Origin: Prasinococcaceae sp. CCMP 1430
Taxonomy: Eukaryota > Plantae > Prasinodermophyta
Assembly (NCBI GenBank): GCA_013416795.1
Contig: RQSC01001361.1
Coordinates: forward strand, 2,919-20,473
Length of the DNA stretch: 17,555 nt
Direction: 5' to 3'
Shown: positions 1-8,042 of the stretch, piece by piece
Layout of the letters: the number at the start of each line of letters is the position of its first letter
How positions within the stretch are numbered: the first letter of the stretch is position 1
Translations under genes and position numbers: made by a program
Notes under the pieces: model-generated
The model's database searches: none
Told to the model about the DNA's origin: nothing
What the model saw: the letters and a program-made list of their open reading frames with translations, nothing else

Positions 1-194
1 CGCTCGCGAGCGCACGCGCACGCGCGGCGGGAGCGGGAGCGGGAGCGGCGGCAGGAACGGCCGTGGCGGCGGCAGCAGTGGCGCTGCAGGCGGGGCTGCG
101 CAGCGCACGCAGGGTGTGGCGCACACGGATAGCGCACGCAGCTTCGTAGCCGGTGCCCTCGCGCAGGGATTAGGCCGTGAGGTGGCGAGCGGCG

Positions 195-1892
195 ATGTTC
201 GGCTACCCGAGCGGCGGCGGCGGCGGCGGGGCGATGGCGCCGCCGCCTGCGCCTGGAGGCAGGCGCCTCGCCGAGCACTTCAGCCAAGTGCAGCTGCGTG
301 ACGGCAAGGGGCAGGGCGAGAATGGAGGCTTCATGTACGATTTGCCCGATGACGCGGAGGACATGGCCGCCGACGGAAGTGGCGACGGGATGCAATGTGG
401 CTCAGACGGCGGTGCGCAAGGGGGCGGGGGCGGCGGGCTCTTTGGCACGGGCGGCGGGAATACCTTCATGCCACCGATTGAGTCCCAAGGGTGCGGTGGC
501 GCAGGCGCGGGTGACTACGCGACACCCGCCGACGCTGCCGGCGCCTACGGCATGTACAGCACCCAGGACAACCAGTACTGCACCCAGGAGGGCGACAAAG
601 AGAACTACTGCACGCAGGAGGGTGCGGGCATCCAGGCCCAGACGCCGGGGTCGATGCCCCCCGTCGGCAAGATGCTCAAGCGCAGGCGCCCTGCGTGGCA
701 CAACAACAGCGGCGTGGGGGGCAGTCAGGTCTCGCATGGCTACGGCTCGCAGTTCAACGGCTCGTACATGAGCAACCCCTGGGACTCGTGCACCGAGCAG
801 AGCACGCAGGAGACGGGCAACACGCGCATGGAGGCGCCGGGGGGGCTCTTCGGCACGCAGGGGGAGGCGACTTCGGGACCCGCCGCGGGCTCGCAGGGCA
901 TGCCGTACGTCATCGCCGCCCCGCGCGTCGGCCTCTCACGGTCGCGCAAGCCGGGCGTCAAAAACGCGCTCTCGTCGCCGGGCATCGCGCGCAACCCCTT
1001 CTTGGCCGATGAGGACGCCGGCAAGAGCAACAGCAGCCGCCCGCTGCCGCGCCTCAAGCCGATGCCCAGCCGCTACCGCTCGGACTTCCGCGAAGAGGGC
1101 GAGCTGGGCAAGGGCGCCTACAGCAAGGTGTTCAAGTGCCGGCGGCGACTGGACGGCTGCCTGTACGCAGTCAAGTGCAGCCGGCAGCCGCTGCACAACG
1201 ACGGCGACCGGCGACACGCCGTCGGCGAGGTGCAGGCGCTGGCGGCGATGGGATCGCATCCCAACCTGGTGCAGTACTTTGGGGCGTTCGAGGAGAACGC
1301 GCACCTGTACATTCAGCTCGAGCTATGCGCTGGCGGCGCCCTGGACTCGGCGCGCGAGGCCGGCACGCGGCTGACGGAGCGCACGCTGATCGCCATCGTC
1401 GCCAACATAAGCGCTGCGCTCGCGCACATGCACAGCAAGGGGGTCGCCCACATGGACGTCAAGCCCGACAACATCTACTGCACGGGCGACCTGCACGCAC
1501 CTGAGGAGTGCTCGTTCAAGCTCGGCGACCTTGGCAGCGCCACGCACCTCGACGGCACGCACGGCTTCAAAGAGGGTGACTGCCGATACATGCCCGCCGA
1601 GATCCTCAACGACGATTTCAGCGCGCTCGACAAGGCCGACGTCTGGAGCCTGGGCGCCACGGTGTATGAGCTCGCGCGACCACCGCCCGATGGCGAGTCG
1701 ACTGTGGCACCGCTACCGCGCGAAGGCCCGCAGTTCGCCGCGATCCGCGCGGGCAAGCTCACGCTGCTGCCTGGGCTCACGAGCTCCTTTCAGGCGCTGC
1801 TCAAGCGCATGATGGAGCGCGACTCGGCCAAGCGCCCGACCGCCGCAGAGGCAGCCAGCACGGCGATGAAGCTGCTGGCGCAGGCTGACTGA
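195..1892 (+). CDS. WEE1: Wee1-family CDK-inhibitory kinase, apparently intronless, 565 aa from the first in-frame ATG
   Basis: Complete kinase domain with Wee1-type motifs: ELGKGAYSKVFK, YAVK, EVQAL, HMDVKPDNI, KLGDLG, EGDCRYM, DVWSLG. Long low-complexity N-terminus. The ORF track starts at GTG 177; ATG 195 (gcgATGt) is the more plausible eukaryotic start. Confidence 0.93.
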   Translation: MFGYPSGGGGGGAMAPPPAPGGRRLAEHFSQVQLRDGKGQGENGGFMYDLPDDAEDMAADGSGDGMQCGSDGGAQGGGGGGLFGTGGGNTFMPPIESQGCGGAGAGDYATPADAAGAYGMYSTQDNQYCTQEGDKENYCTQEGAGIQAQTPGSMPPVGKMLKRRRPAWHNNSGVGGSQVSHGYGSQFNGSYMSNPWDSCTEQSTQETGNTRMEAPGGLFGTQGEATSGPAAGSQGMPYVIAAPRVGLSRSRKPGVKNALSSPGIARNPFLADEDAGKSNSSRPLPRLKPMPSRYRSDFREEGELGKGAYSKVFKCRRRLDGCLYAVKCSRQPLHNDGDRRHAVGEVQALAAMGSHPNLVQYFGAFEENAHLYIQLELCAGGALDSAREAGTRLTERTLIAIVANISAALAHMHSKGVAHMDVKPDNIYCTGDLHAPEECSFKLGDLGSATHLDGTHGFKEGDCRYMPAEILNDDFSALDKADVWSLGATVYELARPPPDGESTVAPLPREGPQFAAIRAGKLTLLPGLTSSFQALLKRMMERDSAKRPTAAEAASTAMKLLAQAD

Positions 1893-2492
1893 GACACGAG
1901 CGCGCCGCCAGCGCGTTTGATCGTGCACGGCGGATGACAGGATGGCTAATGACTCCCGCCCTCTGAGCCGCAACTGTGAGCGCCTGAGGATGTAGAGAGA
2001 GACTATTATCGACCGCGGACGCGCTCGCGCTGCCCACGAGCCGCGGAGCGCGTGCGCGTGGCGAGGGCGCGCGCTCGCACGTGGATGTGTGCAACAACCG
2101 GCTCTGGCCCTTTACTGCGCCGTGGCGTTTGATGGCCCGTCGGCGCGCCCCGTCCCCGGCCGCGCCCGAAAACGCATGCGTTTTTCATGTGGTTCTGCAC
2201 AGACCGCGTCGCCGGGCCCGCGAGCGCAGCCGTTTTGATGAGTCACCGGGTGCGATTTCCCGGCCGAAAATGAAAATGCGGGCGGGCCGCGCGCGCCCGT
2301 GCATGCGTTTCCACGTGCAAAAGCCACGGAAGATCGGTGCGAAAAGGGAGCGCAGCCGTTTTGATGGGGATCCACGCGATATTACGGAGTTAGATTTCGA
2401 CGGGGCGGACGCGCGCGCCGGGGCATGCTTTTCAGGTAAAAGGCGACGGGGATACCGTTTTTACGGTAGTGATCCGCGAAAATAGTGGCAAG

Positions 2493-2715
2493 CCCTCTCG
2501 CATTTCGCGAGTCTCGATCCCTAAAAATGTCCGAACCCAAACCGGGGGCCCGGGCATCGGCGTCAACGCAAACCCTCTCGCATTTCGCGAGTCTCGATCC
2601 CTAAAAATGTCCGAACCCAAACCGGGGGCCCGGGCATCGGCGTCAACGCAAACCCTCTCGCATTTCGCGAGTCTCGATCCCTAAAAATGTCCGAACCCAA
2701 ACCCGGGGGCCCGGG
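2493..2715 (+). repeat. 80-bp tandem repeat, ~2.8 units
   Basis: Unit ccctctcgcatttcgcgagtctcgatccctaaaaatgtccgaacccaaaccgggggcccgggcatcggcgtcaacgcaaa starts at 2493, 2573 and 2653. Confidence 0.97.
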
Positions 2716-2770
2716 GGGCGCTTTTTTGGACGGAATATCCGCGCACAAAAATGCCCGAAAATAAAAAATC

Positions 2771-2794
2771 AAAATCGCGGCATGCCGCGATTTT
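2771..2794. other. Perfect 24-bp palindrome AAAATCGCGGCATGCCGCGATTTT (also at 7167-7190)
   Basis: Read directly; the sequence equals its own reverse complement. Confidence 0.95.
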
Positions 2795-3613
2795 CCCGCC
2801 GTGATTTTCGGCGGACTTTTTGATTGAAAAGAAATCGAAAAGGAAAAAAAGGAAACGCATCTCGCAGCATTTGCGGCGTTGCGCGCCGGTGTGCGCGTTG
2901 AACTCCGGCTTCGCGGCGTCCGCGCGCTGTAGCGCCCCCGCGCGCGCCCGCCCGCACGCAGGCGCGCGCGCGCGTGCGCGGGTGCTAATGACGGCGCGCG
3001 CGCGCGCTCCGCGGGAAATCTCATAACGGGTTTATAGTAAGTAGGGTTTATTTAGTATGAGTTATTGCATGTACAATTTTGCGGATTTGGCAGGGCGGGT
3101 TGCGGTTTGGTGATTGGGACCCGCGCGGCACTGACGGGAGCGCGTGTCAAATGCTTTTTTACTCGCAGTGCGGGCACACCCCGCGCGCGGGTTCCGACTC
3201 GCAGGCAGTGCCGAGGGCTCGCGCGGGCGCATTGAGCCCACCACCGTGGTCGCCTGCCCGGTGGGCGTCTTCGTGTTCGTCGCCGCCGCTGCGGCGCCGC
3301 AGGTCGCCTTCCGGCCCACCGCTGCGAGGCGGGTGGCCAACCGCGCGCCGTTTTTTCGCGTCGATGCGCGCTCGCCTCGCTGACCCGCGCCGCGCCGCAC
3401 GGGACCGCGCGCTGCGAGCAGGCCTGCGGCCGCGGCACGTTCGCGGCCGCGCGCATCCTCTGCGGCGAGCCCGTCGTGGAGCCGCCGCGCTCGGCCGTGC
3501 TGCACGGTGGTGGAGGGCGAGCCCGGCGCGGCTGCCCTGAGCTGTGCGCCGACGGCGCGTGGGCGCGGCTGCCCTGAGCTGTGCGCAGCTCGCGCTGGCG
3601 CTGTTGGCCGAGG

Positions 3614-3795
3614 GCTGCAAGGGGGCCACCTCGCGCTGCAAGGGGGCCACCTCGCGCTGCAAGGGGGGCGCCTCGCGCTGCAAGGGGGCCACCTCGCGCT
3701 GCAAGGGGGCCACCTCGCGCTGCAAGGGGGGCGCCTCGCGCTGCAAGGGGGCCACCTCGCGCTGCAAGGGGGCCACCTCGCGCTGCAAGGGGGGC
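3614..3795 (+). repeat. 21-bp minisatellite with AAB (63-bp) higher-order period, running into an N gap
   Basis: A=gctgcaagggggccacctcgc, B=gctgcaaggggggcgcctcgc; order A A B A A B A A B(partial). Confidence 0.97.
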
Positions 3796-4520
3796 NNNNN
3801 NNNNNNNNNNNNNNNNNNNNNNNNNNNNNNNNNNNNNNNNNNNNNNNNNNNNNNNNNNNNNNNNNNNNNNNNNNNNNNNNNNNNNNNNNNNNNNNNNNNN
3901 NNNNNNNNNNNNNNNNNNNNNNNNNNNNNNNNNNNNNNNNNNNNNNNNNNNNNNNNNNNNNNNNNNNNNNNNNNNNNNNNNNNNNNNNNNNNNNNNNNNN
4001 NNNNNNNNNNNNNNNNNNNNNNNNNNNNNNNNNNNNNNNNNNNNNNNNNNNNNNNNNNNNNNNNNNNNNNNNNNNNNNNNNNNNNNNNNNNNNNNNNNNN
4101 NNNNNNNNNNNNNNNNNNNNNNNNNNNNNNNNNNNNNNNNNNNNNNNNNNNNNNNNNNNNNNNNNNNNNNNNNNNNNNNNNNNNNNNNNNNNNNNNNNNN
4201 NNNNNNNNNNNNNNNNNNNNNNNNNNNNNNNNNNNNNNNNNNNNNNNNNNNNNNNNNNNNNNNNNNNNNNNNNNNNNNNNNNNNNNNNNNNNNNNNNNNN
4301 NNNNNNNNNNNNNNNNNNNNNNNNNNNNNNNNNNNNNNNNNNNNNNNNNNNNNNNNNNNNNNNNNNNNNNNNNNNNNNNNNNNNNNNNNNNNNNNNNNNN
4401 NNNNNNNNNNNNNNNNNNNNNNNNNNNNNNNNNNNNNNNNNNNNNNNNNNNNNNNNNNNNNNNNNNNNNNNNNNNNNNNNNNNNNNNNNNNNNNNNNNNN
4501 NNNNNNNNNNNNNNNNNNNN
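3796..4520. other. Assembly gap (725 N)
   Basis: N run. Confidence 1.
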
Positions 4521-4556
4521 CCGCCCCCGCGGCGCGCGCCGCCGCAATTCGCGGCC

Positions 4557-5381
4557 ATGGCCATGGCGCAAGGCGCCCCCGCCGCCACTGCGAGAGCGGT
4601 GGTGGCGGAGGTCGGCCAGGCGGACGCGCCGCGCTCGGCGAAGGCGGCGGCCGGGCTAATTGCCGCCGCCCTGTGTAAGGCCGCCGCCACCGAGGCCGGC
4701 CTCGAGCCGGACTTGGTGACGGCGGCCTTACTCAGCCGCCGTACGCTGCCGACGCCAGGCTGGACCCGGGAAATCAAGCGCACCGCGCGGCTCGAGGCGC
4801 TTCGGGGCATCGCCGCAGAGGAGGCGGCGGCCGCGGCGGACGAGGCAGCCGAGGACGAGGGCGACGCCAAGGACGAGGACGAGGCGGCGCTGCCGCCGCG
4901 CAAGCGCCCCCGCAAGGGAGCGTACGCCGAGGGAGAGAAAGAGGGAGAAGTAGAGGGAGAGGGGCAGGAGAAGGAGCCTCCACCGCGTCTCTCCACGCGA
5001 GAGGCGCGGTGGGTGATGGGCGCTCTCGTCGTTCAGGTACAGGCGGTGCCCGACGGCCTGCCGGCCGCCGGGCACCGCCTCGTGCGCGAATATTTGCTCA
5101 CTCTTCTTAAAGAGGAGGTAGGAGGATGGGCGCCGTCGTGGGCGGCGACCGCCTACGGCGGTCAAGTCGAAGACGTACTTCAGCGGCAGGCAAACAAGTT
5201 CAAGACGAATTTGTTTATACGCGGCAGCGCAGGCGAGAGCGAGCGCGGCAGCGAGAGCGGCAGCGACAGCGACAGCGAGAGCGAGAGCGAGAGCGGCAGC
5301 GAGAGCGGCAGCGAGAGCGAGAGCAAGAGCGAGAGCGAGAGCGAGAGCGAGAGCGAGAGCGGCAGCGAGAGCAGCGAGTAA
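4557..5381 (+). CDS. Hypothetical protein, 274 aa from ATG 4557 (frame is open back to the gap at 4521); acidic, with basic NLS-like motif and Ser/Glu tail
   Basis: GC3-rich codons; gccATGg start context; PPRKRPRK at 4893-4916; non-repetitive core (GWTREIKRTARLEAL...REARWVMGALVV...VLQRQANKFKTNLF); stop TAA at 5379-5381. No family recognised. Confidence 0.6.
   Translation: MAMAQGAPAATARAVVAEVGQADAPRSAKAAAGLIAAALCKAAATEAGLEPDLVTAALLSRRTLPTPGWTREIKRTARLEALRGIAAEEAAAAADEAAEDEGDAKDEDEAALPPRKRPRKGAYAEGEKEGEVEGEGQEKEPPPRLSTREARWVMGALVVQVQAVPDGLPAAGHRLVREYLLTLLKEEVGGWAPSWAATAYGGQVEDVLQRQANKFKTNLFIRGSAGESERGSESGSDSDSESESESGSESGSESESKSESESESESESGSESSE
5235..5378 (+). repeat. (AGCGAG/AGCGGC)n hexamer microsatellite encoding the (SE/SG)n tail
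   Basis: Read directly. Confidence 0.92.
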
Positions 5382-5389
5382 GTACGAGT

Positions 5390-6093
5390 TTGTGTGTGCG
5401 TGCGTGTGCATGTGTGAATAGTGTGTGCGCGATGTGTGCATATGTGTGTGTGTGCGCGAGTGTGCGCGCGTGTGCGTGCGTGTGTGTGCGTGTGTGTGCC
5501 CGTGTTTGTGTCAGTGTGGACGTGCGCGCGCGCGACTGCGCGGCCGTGCGTGCGTGCGTGCGTGCGTGTGCTTGCGTGTGTGCGTGCGTGCGTGCGTGCG
5601 TGTGCTTGTGTGTGTGTGTGTGTGTGTGCTTGTGTGTGTGTGTGTGTGTGCGTGCGCGCGCGCGCGTGTGCGTGTGCGCGCACACCTGTGCGTGTGCGCG
5701 CGTGCGCGTGCGTGTACGCGCGCGCGTGTGTTCGTACGTCCACGTCTACGCATGTGTGTGTGTGCCCGCGTGTGCGCGCGTGTGTGTGCGTGTGTGTGTC
5801 GCGTGTGCGCGTGTGTGTGCGCGCGTGCGCGCGTGTGTGTGTCAGTGTGGACGTGCGCGCGCGCGACTGCGCGGCCGTGCGTGCGTGCGTGCGTGTGTGT
5901 GCGTGTGTGTGCGTGTGTGTTGTGTGTGTGTTGTGCGTGTGCTTGTGTCTGCGTGTGTGTCTGCGTGTGTGTGTCTGCGTGTGTGTGCATGTGTGTGTGC
6001 GTGTGCATGTGTGTGTGCGTGTGCATGTGTGCATGTGTGTGTGCGTGTTCGCGCGCGCGTGTGTGTGCGTGAGTGTGCGCGCGCGCGCGCGCG
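5390..6093 (+). repeat. ~700-bp (GT/GC)n alternating purine-pyrimidine low-complexity tract with an internal ~60-bp duplication
   Basis: Mixed TG/CG dinucleotides; gtcagtgtggacgtgcgcgcgcgcgactgcgcggccgtgcgtgcg starts at 5510 and 5841. Confidence 0.95.
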
Positions 6094-6182
6094 CGAGCGC
6101 ATCGGCGGGCTCCACGCCGGCGTTGGCGCCCGCTGTGCTCGCCGACGCCGGCTGCGTGCTCGGCACGAAGCCGCGCAGGCCG

Positions 6183-6886
6183 NNNNNNNNNNNNNNNNNN
6201 NNNNNNNNNNNNNNNNNNNNNNNNNNNNNNNNNNNNNNNNNNNNNNNNNNNNNNNNNNNNNNNNNNNNNNNNNNNNNNNNNNNNNNNNNNNNNNNNNNNN
6301 NNNNNNNNNNNNNNNNNNNNNNNNNNNNNNNNNNNNNNNNNNNNNNNNNNNNNNNNNNNNNNNNNNNNNNNNNNNNNNNNNNNNNNNNNNNNNNNNNNNN
6401 NNNNNNNNNNNNNNNNNNNNNNNNNNNNNNNNNNNNNNNNNNNNNNNNNNNNNNNNNNNNNNNNNNNNNNNNNNNNNNNNNNNNNNNNNNNNNNNNNNNN
6501 NNNNNNNNNNNNNNNNNNNNNNNNNNNNNNNNNNNNNNNNNNNNNNNNNNNNNNNNNNNNNNNNNNNNNNNNNNNNNNNNNNNNNNNNNNNNNNNNNNNN
6601 NNNNNNNNNNNNNNNNNNNNNNNNNNNNNNNNNNNNNNNNNNNNNNNNNNNNNNNNNNNNNNNNNNNNNNNNNNNNNNNNNNNNNNNNNNNNNNNNNNNN
6701 NNNNNNNNNNNNNNNNNNNNNNNNNNNNNNNNNNNNNNNNNNNNNNNNNNNNNNNNNNNNNNNNNNNNNNNNNNNNNNNNNNNNNNNNNNNNNNNNNNNN
6801 NNNNNNNNNNNNNNNNNNNNNNNNNNNNNNNNNNNNNNNNNNNNNNNNNNNNNNNNNNNNNNNNNNNNNNNNNNNNNNNNNNNNNN
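6183..6886. other. Assembly gap (704 N)
   Basis: N run. Confidence 1.
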
Positions 6887-7815
6887 AGCCCTCTCGCATT
6901 TCGCGAGTCTCGATCCCTAAAAATGTCCGAACCCAAACCGGGGGCCCGGGCATCGGCGTCAACGCAAACCCTCTCGCATTTCGCGAGTCTCGATCCCTAA
7001 AAATGTCCGAACCCAAACCGGGGGCCCGGGCATCGGCGTCAACGCGAACCCTCTCGCATTTCGCGAGTCTCGATCCCTAAAAATGTCCGAACCCAAACCC
7101 GGGGGCCCGGGGGGCGCTTTTTTGGACGGAATATCCGCGCACAAAAATGCCCGAAAATAAAAAATCAAAATCGCGGCATGCCGCGATTTTCCCGCCGTGA
7201 TTTTCGGCGGACTTTTTGATTGAAAAGAAATCGAAAAGGAAAAAAAGGAAACGCATCTCGCAGCATTTGCGGCGTTGCGCGCCGGTGTGCGCGTTGAACT
7301 CCGGCTTCGCGGCGTCCGCGCGCTGTAGCGCCCCCGCGCGCGCCCGCCCGCACGCAGGCGCGCGCGCGCGTGCGCGGGTGCTAATGACGGCGCGCGCGCG
7401 CGCTCCGCGGGAAATCTCATAACGGGTTTATAGTAAGTAGGGTTTATTTAGTATGAGTTATTGCATGTACAATTTTGCGGATTTGGCAGGGCGGGTTGCG
7501 GTTTGGTGATTGGGACCCGCGCGGCACTGACGGGAGCGCGTGTCAAATGCTTTTTTACTCGCAGTGCGGGCACACCCCGCGCGCGGGTTCCGACTCGCAG
7601 GCAGTGCCGAGGGCTCGCGCGGGCGCATTGAGCCCACCACCGTGGTCGCCTGCCCGGTGGGCGTCTTCGTGTTCGTCGCCGCCGCTGCGGCGCCGCAGGT
7701 CGCCTTCCGGCCCACCGCTGCGAGGCGGGTGGCCAACCGCGCGCCGTTTTTTCGCGTCGATGCGCGCTCGCCTCGCTGACCCGCGCCGCGCCGCACGGGA
7801 CCGCGCGCTGCGAGC
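6887..7815 (+). repeat. Long direct repeat, copy 2 (left end hidden in gap); includes the 80-bp array at 6889-7111
   Basis: Near-identical to 2491-3419. Confidence 0.95.
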
Positions 7816-8042
7816 GAGCGCGCGGGAGCGAGCGCGCGAAATTCGGCCCACGCGGCGCTCTGGACCCCGCCGCCGCGCTGGCAAACTCTCGCGCGCTGCG
7901 GTGCGCCGAGGGAGTCGCGGGCAGTGAGCCAGCAGCCGCTCAACAGCCCCATTTCGATCGCGTCACGCCGACTGCGCAGCGCCTCACTCGCAGCCGCGCC
8001 GCGCGTGCACGCGCGCGCCGCAACACGCGCTACTCGCACGCC

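Larger units (their letters stand above)
2491..3419 (+). repeat. Long direct repeat, copy 1 (>=929 bp; left end undefined)
   Basis: Matches 6887-7815 at offset 4396. The only difference I found is A2650 vs G7046. Identity ends after ...gctgcgagc (3419/7815). Confidence 0.95.
2491..7815. mobile_element. Putative direct-repeat-bounded element, or tandemly duplicated ~4.4-kb unit; no transposase/RT/YR visible
   Basis: Near-identical long direct repeats enclose minisatellites and an unknown ORF, between two housekeeping genes. No TG..CA ends, PBS or TSD could be seen. Confidence 0.45.

Noticed and set aside
116-301. GTG-initiated ORF overlapping the Wee1 start, and GTG 177 as the Wee1 start
   Set aside because: Non-AUG starts with no supporting conservation; ATG 195 explains the gene.
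2493-2715. 80-bp (and 189-bp) arrays as CRISPR arrays
   Set aside because: Units are contiguous with no unique spacers, no cas genes are present, and the context is eukaryotic.
2985-3018. Hammerhead ribozyme-like core (CTAATGA...GAAA) in the long repeat
   Set aside because: The essential G of CUGAnGA is A, and I could not build stems I-III; a covariance-model search would be needed to overturn this.
3205-3383. Coding-like stretch (IEPTTVVACPVGVFVFV...) after a CTCGCAG acceptor inside the long repeat
   Set aside because: It could be a captured exon, but it is short, has no start or recognisable domain, and the strand is ambiguous; not enough support to call.
5126-7080. Long Val/Cys/Arg or His/Thr ORFs over the GT tract and N gap
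   Set aside because: These are translations of a dinucleotide microsatellite and Ns.
2491-7815. Canonical Ty1/Ty3 LTR retrotransposon
   Set aside because: The repeat ends in ...GAGC rather than CA in both copies, no tRNA PBS follows 3419, there are no gag/pol motifs, and the interior is too short even counting the gaps.
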